Shown: in pieces, positions 36,471 through 46,391 of the stretch
Position numbering within the stretch: position 1 is the first letter of the stretch
Layout: each line of letters opens with the position of its first letter
Assembly: GCA_965228735.1 (NCBI GenBank)
Contig: OZ245838.1
Coordinates: 768,001 to 832,000, forward strand
DNA: 64,000 nt
Reading direction: 5' to 3'
From: Planctomycetota bacterium
GTDB lineage: Bacteria > Planctomycetota > UBA1135 > UBA2386
Notes under the pieces: generated by a model
Seen by the model: only the letters and a program-made list of their open reading frames with translations
Database searches by the model: none
Told to the model about the DNA's origin: nothing
Position numbers and translations under genes: made by a program

Positions 36471-38539
36471 TGCTGCGTTCGTCCTGGTCGTCCCTCGCGC
36501 TCGTTCTGCTCGCGTTGCCGTTCGCGGGCTGCTGGTCCGCGGCCGACGGGGCCCCGGTGCTCGATGACGTGACCAACGGCGAAGAACGGTCGATGCAGCC
36601 GGGCGAGGTCGCGGCCGACGGTCGCCGCTACCTGCTCGACCGCGTCGACCAGACCCAGATCGTGCAGCTCTACGCCGACGGGTTCGAGCGGCTGTCGCTG
36701 CGCGACAAGCAGCTGGCCTACCACCTATCGCAAGCTGCGGTCGCCGGGCGTGACATCTTCCTCGACCAGCGGTTCGAGTACACGCTCGCGCTGCGCTGGA
36801 TCCTCGAGTCGATGTATCTCGTGCGCTACGACCTGCCGACGAACGTGCGCGTCGAGATCGAGCGCTACTGCAAGCTGTTCTGGGTGCACTCGGGCATCCA
36901 CGACAACCTGACGACGCAGAAGCGATTGCTGAACCTGACCTGGGATGAGTTCAGGATCGCGTGCGAGGCCGCCGATGCGGCGGGCCACGCGCTCGGGGCC
37001 AACGAGATCAAGCCGCTGCGGGATCTGCGCCACGCGTTCACCGTGATGACGGATCCGACGACCTACGTCTCCGTCACCGACAAGAGCACCGAGGGCGGCA
37101 ACGATCCGGTCGCTGCGAGCTGCAACAACCTCTACGTCGACGTCACGAGCGCGGACCTCGAGGGCTTCGAGGAGCAGAACGGCCTCAACTCGCGCCTCGT
37201 CAAGGCGAACGGCATGCTCGAGGAGCAGGTCTATCGGGCCGGTGACGGCCGCCACCATGCACCGGGTCGCTACTCGCCGCAGCTCGCCGCGGTCAACGAG
37301 CACCTGCGCCACGCGCTGGCCGTCGCGCCGCTACCGACGCGCAAGGCCCTGCAGCACCTGATCCGCTACAACGAGACCGGGCTCATCGAGGACTGGCGGC
37401 AGTTCAACATCGCGTGGGTCCAGGACACCGACAGCGTCGTCGACTTCATCCTCGGCTTCGTCGAGGTCTACATGGATGCGCGCGGCATCAAGGGCAGCTG
37501 GGAAGCCGTCGTGAGCTATCGCGACGAGGCCAAGACGCGCGCGATCGCGGAACTCGCCGAAGAGGCGTCGTGGTTCGAGGCGCGGATGCCGTGGGACGAA
37601 CGCTTCAAGAAGGCGGACGTCAAGGGCATCTCGGCGCGCGCGATCAACGTGATCATGGAGACGGGCGACAGCGGGCCGATCACGCCGATCGGGATCAACC
37701 TGCCCAACGAGGCCGACATCCGCCAGGACTACGGCAGCAAGTCGGTCAACCTGGCCAACGTCGTCGCGACCTACGATCTCGTCGCTTCGGCCGGGACCGT
37801 CTCCGAGTTCGCCTTCACCCCCGAAGAGGCCGACCGCGCCCGCCGCTACGGCTCCGCGATGGACGACATGCACACCAACCTGCACGAGGTCGTCGGCCAC
37901 GCGTCGGGGCAGGTGCTGCCCGAGGTCGAGAACCCGGCGCAGCTCCTCGGGCTCTATTACAGCACGCTCGAGGAGGCGCGCGCCGACCTCGTGGGGCTCT
38001 ATTGGATCGCCGATCCGAAGCTGAAGTCGATGGGGCTCGTGCCGAACGACGACGCCGTGCTCGCGAAGTACGAGGCCTACAGCCGCAACGCGCTCGTGCA
38101 GCTGCGGCGTGTGCCGAAGGGCCATCGCATCGAGGAGGACCACATGCGCAACCGGCAGCTCGTCGTGTTGTGGCTGCTGGCGAACGACGGCGGCGTGCAC
38201 GTCGAGCGGCGGGACGGCAAGACGTTCTACGTGGTGGACTCGGCCGAGCAGTATCGGAAGAAGTGCGGCGAGCTGCTGGCCGAGATCATGCGCATCAAGG
38301 CCGAGGGCGACTTCAAGGCCGGCAAGGCGCTCGTCGAGACCTTCGGCACCAAGGTCGACCCCGCGCTGCACGACGAGGTGCTCGCGCGCATCGAGTCGCT
38401 GAACCTCGCGTCGGTCACGGGGTTCGTCCAGCCCGAGCTGCGGCTCGTGACGACGCCAGGCGGCCGGGTGCTCGACGTCGAGGTGTTCCACTGCCAGGAC
38501 CTCGCCGACCAGATGCTGCGGTGGAGCGGCCGGCGATGA
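36467..38539 (+). CDS. Dipeptidyl peptidase III (M49), lipoprotein
   Basis: HEVVGH hexapeptide, EEARAD, GINLPN; FAGC lipobox. Confidence 0.93.
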   Translation: MMLRSSWSSLALVLLALPFAGCWSAADGAPVLDDVTNGEERSMQPGEVAADGRRYLLDRVDQTQIVQLYADGFERLSLRDKQLAYHLSQAAVAGRDIFLDQRFEYTLALRWILESMYLVRYDLPTNVRVEIERYCKLFWVHSGIHDNLTTQKRLLNLTWDEFRIACEAADAAGHALGANEIKPLRDLRHAFTVMTDPTTYVSVTDKSTEGGNDPVAASCNNLYVDVTSADLEGFEEQNGLNSRLVKANGMLEEQVYRAGDGRHHAPGRYSPQLAAVNEHLRHALAVAPLPTRKALQHLIRYNETGLIEDWRQFNIAWVQDTDSVVDFILGFVEVYMDARGIKGSWEAVVSYRDEAKTRAIAELAEEASWFEARMPWDERFKKADVKGISARAINVIMETGDSGPITPIGINLPNEADIRQDYGSKSVNLANVVATYDLVASAGTVSEFAFTPEEADRARRYGSAMDDMHTNLHEVVGHASGQVLPEVENPAQLLGLYYSTLEEARADLVGLYWIADPKLKSMGLVPNDDAVLAKYEAYSRNALVQLRRVPKGHRIEEDHMRNRQLVVLWLLANDGGVHVERRDGKTFYVVDSAEQYRKKCGELLAEIMRIKAEGDFKAGKALVETFGTKVDPALHDEVLARIESLNLASVTGFVQPELRLVTTPGGRVLDVEVFHCQDLADQMLRWSGRR

Positions 38540-39435
38540 GACCTGTCGGTCTGCTCGCCGTCGCGTTAGCCGGCCTGGCCGCGTGCTCGAGCCCGCGCTG
38601 GCAGACCGACATCGCGCGGGCGTTGTCCGACTCCCGCGCCGCCTCGCAGGATCTCGTCGTCTACTTCAAGCTCGACGGCCGCGCGGCGAGCGACCGGATG
38701 ACGACGTGGCTCGACGATCCGGCGGTGCTCGCGGCGCTCGCGGACGGTGGGTTCGCCGCTGTCATCGTCGACGGCTTCGCGCGCAAGAACCTCTACGGCG
38801 AGTGGATCGGCGGCGGGGAAGGCATGGGTATCGCGGTGCTGGACGGTGCCGGCGAGGTCTACGCGGCCCGTCCCGGGCCGCAGGATCCGCCCGAGCTCGC
38901 GGCGTTCCTCGCGATGTGCGCCGCGGCGCGAGAACCGCTGGCAGAAGCCCGCGCGGCGATGGCCACGAGCGCCGGTCCGGCCGAGAAGCACGCGCTCGGC
39001 GTGATCCTGCTCGACCTCGGCTGCCGCGTTCGCTGCGAGAAGCTGCTCATCGACGCCGCGCTCGCCGGCATGAACGACGCGCGCCATCGGCTCGCGCGCC
39101 TCTACGCCCTGGACGGCAACGTCATCAAGGCGCGCCGTTGGCTGCAGGACGTTCACCCGACGGTGGCCGCGCGCGTGACCGAGGGCTACGTGCTCTACAA
39201 GGAACGGCGCTATCACGAGGCCGCGACGGTCCTCGGTGAGCTCCTGGATCAGGACCTCGGCCGGGATCGCCAGCGCGTCCTGCTCTACTACGGCAAGGCG
39301 TTGCACTACGACCAGCGCGACACGCAGGCGCTCCCCGTCCTCGATGCCCTGAGCAAGGAAGGCACTGGCTCCACGTTCGAAGCCGCCGCCCTCCACATGC
39401 TCGCCCACATCAACGACCCGAGCCACGAACACTGA
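38536..39435 (+). CDS. Hypothetical lipoprotein with TPR-like C-terminus
   Basis: LAAC lipobox; ATGA overlap; TPR-like helices. Confidence 0.7.
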   Translation: MRPVGLLAVALAGLAACSSPRWQTDIARALSDSRAASQDLVVYFKLDGRAASDRMTTWLDDPAVLAALADGGFAAVIVDGFARKNLYGEWIGGGEGMGIAVLDGAGEVYAARPGPQDPPELAAFLAMCAAAREPLAEARAAMATSAGPAEKHALGVILLDLGCRVRCEKLLIDAALAGMNDARHRLARLYALDGNVIKARRWLQDVHPTVAARVTEGYVLYKERRYHEAATVLGELLDQDLGRDRQRVLLYYGKALHYDQRDTQALPVLDALSKEGTGSTFEAAALHMLAHINDPSHEH

Positions 39436-39444
39436 CGCGAGAGT

Positions 39445-39557
39445 GGCGGTACCGAACCCGTTTCGATTCCGCCACCCGCGCGATGACGCAACTCCTGGCG
39501 GGGCGGGTATGTCGGTCGGCGTTGCGATGGCGGCAACGAAGCGGGTTCGCTACCGCC
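39445..39557. repeat. Imperfect 30-bp inverted repeat pair (REPIN-like) between convergent genes
   Basis: 39445-39474 matches the reverse complement of 39528-39557 at 26 of 30 positions; GTAC/GTAG near the outer ends. Confidence 0.65.
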
Positions 39558-39558
39558 G

Positions 39559-39960
39559 TCAGTCGCCGGTCGGGTTCTGGGTGAGCTCCCAGATCGCCCA
39601 GATCGCGATGACGCTCATCAGGCCGAGCGCGATGTAGAGCCAGAAGTCGCGGCCGTTGGTCTCCGTCTCGACCGGTTCGAGGTCGGTCGGACCGGCGGCG
39701 AGCGCCTGGGCTTCGAGGTCGGCATCGTCGATCTGGACCTCGCCGAGCACGGCCTTGGCCCGCTCGAGGTGGTCGGCGCGGACCTTCACCTGCGTGCCCG
39801 CGAGGTTCATGATCTGGCGGCTGACGGCAAACTCGTCGGACAGGGTCCCGCCGTCGACGTAGGCAGGGATGCCCTCGGCTTCGAGCAACGCCTTGAAGAG
39901 TTTGGCCTCCGTGGGCGAGGTGGCGACGCGGGCCGTGGCGAGTTCGAAGGACTCCGGCAT
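39559..39960 (-). CDS. DUF2007-like putative signal-transducing protein with C-terminal TM segment
   Basis: EAKLFKALLEAEGIPAYV...VKVRADHLERAKAVL. Confidence 0.75.
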   Translation of the reverse strand: MPESFELATARVATSPTEAKLFKALLEAEGIPAYVDGGTLSDEFAVSRQIMNLAGTQVKVRADHLERAKAVLGEVQIDDADLEAQALAAGPTDLEPVETETNGRDFWLYIALGLMSVIAIWAIWELTQNPTGD

Positions 39961-39988
39961 GGGCGCAGCATACCCGCCGATCGGCGAC

Positions 39989-40765
39989 TCAGGAACCGGC
40001 GGCGGCCGGGGCCTTGGTCTTCTGGTTGTGCGCCGCCTCGAGCAGCATTTCGGTCGTGTTGATCGCGGTGCGCTTCGCGATGTTGCTGATCGAGCCTTCG
40101 GTGAACGTGAATTGCGCACCCTGCAAGGCGAACGCGGATTCGAAGATCCGCCGCACCTGCGCGTCGAGCGCGTTCAGCAGGTCGCCCTCCGTGACCGTCG
40201 CGTTCTCGACGAGGTGGTCGCCGAGCAGCGCGTTCGCCGCGGCGCTCGAGTCGAGGTTCTGCTGCAGCTGATCCTCGGTGAGCGTGTTCTGCGCCACGAG
40301 GATCGTGCCGAGCCGCAGGTCGGGATCGGACTTGGTCGTGACGGCGTGGACGACCTTGCCGTCCTGGAACTCGAACGCGAACATCTCGTCCTCGAGCCGC
40401 AGGGTCAGCGTGCCGGTCTTGTGCATCGAGCTCAGCGTGCTGACGAGGTCGGGCACGTCGAGGAAGTCGGTCGTGCCGCGCAGCGTCGAGCCGACCTGCG
40501 TGGCGACCTTCGGCGGCTCGGCGGCTTGCGCCGCGGGCGTGGCCGCCGCGACGATCTCCTCGACGGCGTTGGTGAGCTCGAGCATACGCTCGAGCTTGTC
40601 CTTCACCTCGGCCATCAGCGGCTGCAGCCCGGTCAGCGCGGAGGCGTCATCGACGCACTGGTGTTTGGCCTGGCGGATGAGCTCTTCGAGCGCGAGTGCC
40701 CCGGCTTCGACCGGGCGTAGGCCAGAGAAGACTTGGAGTTGTGTATTCGATGCAGGTGTGGCCAT
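39989..40765 (-). CDS. DUF4388 (PATAN-like) domain protein
   Basis: LRGT...PDLV...KTGTL...FQDGKVVHA...RLGTILV...FTF...EMLLEAA. Confidence 0.8.
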   Translation of the reverse strand: MATPASNTQLQVFSGLRPVEAGALALEELIRQAKHQCVDDASALTGLQPLMAEVKDKLERMLELTNAVEEIVAAATPAAQAAEPPKVATQVGSTLRGTTDFLDVPDLVSTLSSMHKTGTLTLRLEDEMFAFEFQDGKVVHAVTTKSDPDLRLGTILVAQNTLTEDQLQQNLDSSAAANALLGDHLVENATVTEGDLLNALDAQVRRIFESAFALQGAQFTFTEGSISNIAKRTAINTTEMLLEAAHNQKTKAPAAAGS

Positions 40766-40859
40766 GCGGCGTCTCCGTCGTGTGGTCTTCCCGCCTTCGG
40801 AACGATGGGCGCCGGACCATGAGGAGCACCCCGAATCCCCGTCCCGATCCGAGACTGCC

Positions 40860-40977
40860 CCGTACGGCACCTGGTTCATCCTGCCGGCCAGCCCGCGGCT
40901 CCGCCGCGGGCTGGCCGGCAGGATGAACCAGGTACCGTACGGCCGCTCAGCCGAGGTACCGTACGGGCGCTCAGCCG
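40860..40977. repeat. CCGTACGG-ended palindrome (copy 2, 40860-40942) plus 24-bp tandem duplication (40930-40977)
   Basis: 40-bp arms, 1 mismatch, 3-nt loop; AGGTACCGTACGG(C/G)CGCTCAGCCG occurs twice. Confidence 0.9.
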
Positions 40978-42428
40978 CTGCCGGCGATGATCTCGACCGA
41001 GGTGCGGGTGTTGAGCTTGAGGCGCGCGGTGTGGGCGACCTCGACGCCGGGGATCCACAGGATCCGGTCGGTCGCGTCGACGACGAGCGGCAGGCGGTCG
41101 CGGTCGAAGCGCGGCACGTGGCGGCTCTGCAGGAAGCGCCGGAGCAGCATCTCGTTCTCGGCGCCGAGCGGCCAGAACACGTCGCCCGGTCGGCGGGTGC
41201 GCAGGCGCCACGGCAGCGGCGCGGCGCGCGGATCGACGAGGGCGCGCAGGCGGCCGGCTTCGTTGGGTGACGGCACGAGCGGCGGCTGCGGATGCTCGAA
41301 CGCCTCGACCCAGAACTCGGTCGCGCCGAACCGTTGGCGGCCGCTGTCGAAGCGGAAGAGCTGGCCGCCGTCGTGCGTGCGCGGCGGCGGGCCGGCGCGG
41401 TCGGGGTCGACGACGAGCAGGCCGTCGCGGATGCGCTCGACGAGCAGGCCGCCGCGGCCCGCGAGGCGCTTGCCGTCCGGCTTGTCGAGCAGCGCGAGTG
41501 CGCGGTCGAGCCACGCGGAGAGCGGCGCTTCGCCGTGCGGGTGCAGCGCGACGTGCGCCTGACGCAGGGCCTCGCGCACGAACGGCTCCGCGTCGTGGTC
41601 CTCCTGCAGCTCGCGCAGGTCGAGCTCGAGGCGCCAGTTCGTGCGGTGCCGGGCCCGCTGCGTCAGGATGCGCAGGCCCTGGGCCTCGAGGATCTCGTTC
41701 GCCGCGCGGGCCGTGCTCGCGACCGTCATGAGCGCGACGTCGAGGCCGATCCCCATCGAGTCGCGCAGCGCCGGGATCGTCTCGAGCCGCAGCCGATTGC
41801 GGGCATAGCGCCGATCGCGGTTCGTGCTGTCCTCGTGCGCGGCCTCGCCGATCCGGCGCAGAACGGACTCGAGCGTCGACCGCCGGGTCTTCAGCAGCGG
41901 TCGCAGGAGCAGCACGCGCCGCCCGTCGCCGGCCAGCCAGCGGGCTTCGGGGATGCCCGCGAGGCCGCGTGGACCCGTGCCGCGCAGCATGCGGAAGAGG
42001 ACCGTCTCGAGGTTGTCGTCGGCGTGATGCCCGGTGAGCAGCGCGCCGGCCCGGTGTTCGTCGGCGACGCGCAGCAATTCGGCGTAGCGCTGCTCCCGCA
42101 GGGTGTCCTCGGCCGGCGGGCGCGCGGCTGGGTCGAAGGGCGTAGTCGTGAGGCGCCGCACCGTGAGCGGCACGTCGAGTCGATCGCACAGGTCCGCGAC
42201 GTGCTCGGCCGTCTCGCGGCTGTCTGCACGCACGCCATGGTCGACGTGCACCGCATGCAGCTGCCCCGGCAGCCGCCCCTGGCGCGCGAGTCGTTGCAGC
42301 GCGAGCAGCAGCACCGTGCTGTCGGTCCCGCCGGACACCGCCGCCACGACGGGGCGGTGCGTCGTCACGCTCTCGTAGCGCACCAGGCAGCGGGCGCAGG
42401 CGTCCTGCAGACGGGCGAAACTGTCCAT
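40971..42428 (-). CDS. tilS: tRNA(Ile)-lysidine synthetase
   Basis: AVSGGTDS PP-loop, HVDHG, GHHADDNLET, DSTN...RNRLR, C-terminal R.R.PGD. Confidence 0.95.
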   Translation of the reverse strand: MDSFARLQDACARCLVRYESVTTHRPVVAAVSGGTDSTVLLLALQRLARQGRLPGQLHAVHVDHGVRADSRETAEHVADLCDRLDVPLTVRRLTTTPFDPAARPPAEDTLREQRYAELLRVADEHRAGALLTGHHADDNLETVLFRMLRGTGPRGLAGIPEARWLAGDGRRVLLLRPLLKTRRSTLESVLRRIGEAAHEDSTNRDRRYARNRLRLETIPALRDSMGIGLDVALMTVASTARAANEILEAQGLRILTQRARHRTNWRLELDLRELQEDHDAEPFVREALRQAHVALHPHGEAPLSAWLDRALALLDKPDGKRLAGRGGLLVERIRDGLLVVDPDRAGPPPRTHDGGQLFRFDSGRQRFGATEFWVEAFEHPQPPLVPSPNEAGRLRALVDPRAAPLPWRLRTRRPGDVFWPLGAENEMLLRRFLQSRHVPRFDRDRLPLVVDATDRILWIPGVEVAHTARLKLNTRTSVEIIAGSG

Positions 42429-42503
42429 TGGCTTCGACTCGTTGCGCCGTACACTGCTTGCCCGAATCGCCAGCGATCGAGACTGGCAGCGGGGCTGCAA
42501 TAA

Positions 42504-43574
<1,071 letters not shown>

Positions 43575-43601
43575 AACACCACCGCCGAGCAGGCTCCCGC
43601 C

Positions 43602-44858
43602 ATGACCGAGTTCCGTCGACTCTCCGATCTCGCCCTCCAGGGCAACCGCGTCCTGATGCGCGTCGACTTCAACGTCCCCCAGGACAAGGCGACCGGTGCG
43701 ATCACCAACAACCAGCGCATCGTCGCCGCGTTGCCGACGATCCGGCACGCGCTCGCCGAGGGCGGTTCGGTCGTGCTCATGTCGCACCTCGGGCGGCCGA
43801 ACGGTGAGCGCCAGGAGAAGTTCTCGCTGCGCCCCGTCGCCGCCGAGCTCGAGAAGCTGCTCGAGCGCCCGGTCCAGTTCGTCGACGCGTGCGTCGGCGA
43901 ACGCGTCGCGGCGGTCTGCGGTCCGGACAAGCTCGAGCCGGGCAGCGTCGTGCTGCTCGAGAACGTGCGCTTCCACATCGAGGAGGAAGGCAAGCGCAGG
44001 GTCGAGAACGCGGACGGTTCGACGACGACGATCGCGGCGGACAGCGGCGCGATCGACGCGTTTCGCGCCGCGTTGGCGCAGAACGGCGACGTGTTCGTCA
44101 ACGACGCGTTCGGCACGTCGCACCGCGCGCACAGCTCCGTCGTCGGGCCGCCGGCGCACATCCCGGGCGCCGCGGGACTGCTGCTGCAACGCGAGCTCGA
44201 GGCGTTCGGCAAGGTTCTCAGGGCGCCGGAGCGCCCGTTCGTCGCGATCCTCGGCGGCGCCAAGGTCAGCGACAAGCTGCCCGTAATCGAGAACCTGCTC
44301 GAGAAGGTCGACACGCTGATCATCGGCGGCGCGATGGCGTACACGTTCCTCGCGGAGGCCGGTCTCACGACGGGCAAGTCGCTCGTCGAACCGGACCTGC
44401 TCGACGCCGCGGGCCGGGTCGTCGGGCTGGCGAAGTCGATGCAGAAGCAGCTGCTGCTGCCGTCCGATCACGTCTGCGCGCCGGAGTTCGCGGCCGACGC
44501 GCCGGCCACGATTCACGAGACCGAGGTGCCCGAAGGCCTAATGGGGCTCGACATCGGGCCTCAGACCGTGGCGCGCTACGTCGAAGCGCTGCAGGGCGCG
44601 CGCTCCGTCGTGTGGAACGGGCCGATGGGCGTGTTCGAGATGGACGCGTTCAGCAAGGGCACCGAGGCGGTCGCGCAGGCCGTCGCGGGAGCGACCGCCG
44701 CGGGCGCGTTCACCGTCGTCGGCGGCGGCGACTCGGTCGCCGCGGCCGAGAAGCTCGGCATCGTCGACCGGCTGTCGCACGTGTCGACGGGCGGCGGCGC
44801 GAGCCTCGAACTGCTCGAGGGCAAGTCGCTGCCGGGCGTCGCCGCGCTGAGCATCTGA
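43602..44858 (+). CDS. pgk: Phosphoglycerate kinase
   Basis: RVDFNVP, SHLGRP, NDAFG, GGAKVSDK, WNGPMGVFE, STGGGASLE. Confidence 0.98.
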   Translation: MTEFRRLSDLALQGNRVLMRVDFNVPQDKATGAITNNQRIVAALPTIRHALAEGGSVVLMSHLGRPNGERQEKFSLRPVAAELEKLLERPVQFVDACVGERVAAVCGPDKLEPGSVVLLENVRFHIEEEGKRRVENADGSTTTIAADSGAIDAFRAALAQNGDVFVNDAFGTSHRAHSSVVGPPAHIPGAAGLLLQRELEAFGKVLRAPERPFVAILGGAKVSDKLPVIENLLEKVDTLIIGGAMAYTFLAEAGLTTGKSLVEPDLLDAAGRVVGLAKSMQKQLLLPSDHVCAPEFAADAPATIHETEVPEGLMGLDIGPQTVARYVEALQGARSVVWNGPMGVFEMDAFSKGTEAVAQAVAGATAAGAFTVVGGGDSVAAAEKLGIVDRLSHVSTGGGASLELLEGKSLPGVAALSI

Positions 44859-44862
44859 GTCC

Positions 44863-44894
44863 TCGCGCGGCCGCCGGCGCCGGCGGCTGCTCGA
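44863..44894. terminator. GC-rich palindrome between convergent pgk and HAD genes
   Basis: GCGGCCGCCGGC/GCCGGCGGCTGC self-complementary; no U-tract. Confidence 0.4.
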
Positions 44895-44897
44895 ACC

Positions 44898-45476
44898 TCA
44901 GATCTTCAGCGAGTACTCGAACTGGTTGAGCCGCGCGACGGCGTGCCACACGTCGTCCTCGGTGAAGTGCGGCTCGACGTAGAACTCGCCGTCCTGGCCG
45001 GCCTGGCCCGTGCGCACGAGGATGGTGCCGAGCTCGGCGCGCTGCGCCGCGAGGATGTCGCTCGTCGTGTGACCGATCATCCAGCAGCGCCTGAGGTCGA
45101 GGTCGAACTCCTGCTGCGCCATCTTGTAGATGCCGGGCCCGGGCTTGCGGAACACGCTCTCGCGCTTGAAGCGGCCGCGGCCCTTCGGGTGGTAGGGGCA
45201 GCTGTAGATCTTGGTGATCGGGATGCGCTCGTCCTGCATGCGGGCCAGGAAGGCCTCGCAGAACTTGGTGAACTCGCGTTCCTTGAGCTTGCCGAACGCG
45301 ATGTCGAGGCGGCTCGTGGCGATGAACAACCGGAACTGCTCGGTGTCGATGCGGCTCAAAGCCGTGACGGCGCGGTCGAGGAACGGCACGGTGCCGTCTT
45401 CTTGCAGGCGGGCCGTCTCGACGACGACGCCGTCGAGTTCGAAGAAGACGCCTTGCTGGTCGGGGATCTTGGCCAT
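44898..45476 (-). CDS. GmhB/HisB-like HAD-IIIA protein with altered catalytic motifs
   Basis: IYSCPYHP, RKPGPG, DL...WMIG...D; motif I reads ELDG and motif IV reads GHTTSD. Confidence 0.85.
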   Translation of the reverse strand: MAKIPDQQGVFFELDGVVVETARLQEDGTVPFLDRAVTALSRIDTEQFRLFIATSRLDIAFGKLKEREFTKFCEAFLARMQDERIPITKIYSCPYHPKGRGRFKRESVFRKPGPGIYKMAQQEFDLDLRRCWMIGHTTSDILAAQRAELGTILVRTGQAGQDGEFYVEPHFTEDDVWHAVARLNQFEYSLKI

Positions 45477-45752
45477 CGGATCGTGGGGGATTCGGAGTCG
45501 TCGGTCGGCGGGTGGGAGGCGCCCGCGGTCGGGCGCTCAGGTGCCCATGGCATCGGCGCGATCCGGCCGCACCTTGATCGGCATGGAAAAATGCCTGGAT
45601 CCCCCTCTAGCCTGCCGCATTGGCAGGGTCCATTCCGGGCCAATGCGGTCGAAAGCAGACGTTTCTCCACGAATGGTGACCAGACCGCCCCAACTCCGCG
45701 TAGTGGCTGGCATACTGCGCGGACCGAGATCCTCGCAGCCCGTTACGCGACC

Positions 45753-46391
45753 TTGACCCGGCATCACGACAACGCCCTGATGAGACGCGTACAGGCTGGG
45801 GACCTGGAGGCGTTCGCGCACCTTGTCGAACGGTTCCAGAACATGGTGTACGGCCTGGCTTGTAGCATCTTGCGGCGACGCGAAGATGCCGAGGAAGCGG
45901 CGCAGGACGCGTTCCTGAAGCTGTATCGGGCCAGGGATTCGTTCGACGAGACCAAGAAGCTCGAGCCGTGGCTGCTGCGGATCGCGGGGAACGCGAGCCG
46001 GGACAAGTTGCGCCGGCGCCGCGTCGCCGAGCCCGCACGGACCCGCCAGGCCGCGGAACTGCCGGATCTCGCCGATCCGCGCACCGTCGGCCGCGGCGAG
46101 CACGACGGCCTGGATCGAGAACGGGTGCAGCAGGCCCTTGCCGACCTCAGCGAGAAGGTCCGGGTGCCGCTCGAGCTCAAGTATCTGCGCGGGCTGACGA
46201 ACGCCCAGATCGCGGCGTCGCTCGAGGTCTCCGTGAGCAACGTCAAGGTGCAGATCGCACGCGGCAAGGACATCCTGGCCAGCCGGCTGGGCGATGTCGT
46301 CGGCCGGAACGCTGCGAGCCGGAACGCTGCGGGCCGGAACGCTGCGGGCCGGAACGCCGAACGACGCGATGACGCGGGGGGGCAACGATGA
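45753..46391 (+). CDS. ECF sigma factor (SigW/RpoE-like)
   Basis: GDLEAF, DAEEAAQDAFLK, WLLRIAGN, GLTNAQIA...NVKVQIARG; start is 45753 (TTG) or 45780 (ATG). Confidence 0.9.
   Translation: MTRHHDNALMRRVQAGDLEAFAHLVERFQNMVYGLACSILRRREDAEEAAQDAFLKLYRARDSFDETKKLEPWLLRIAGNASRDKLRRRRVAEPARTRQAAELPDLADPRTVGRGEHDGLDRERVQQALADLSEKVRVPLELKYLRGLTNAQIAASLEVSVSNVKVQIARGKDILASRLGDVVGRNAASRNAAGRNAAGRNAERRDDAGGQR
46302..46357 (+). repeat. In-frame 15-bp tandem repeat (RNAA[S/G], about 3.7 copies)
   Basis: (G/A)GCCGGAACGCTGCG units at the 3' end of the sigma gene. Confidence 0.85.

Noticed and set aside
39445..39480. tRNA-like TTCGATTCC followed by CCA
   Set aside because: No cloverleaf; better explained as one arm of an inverted repeat
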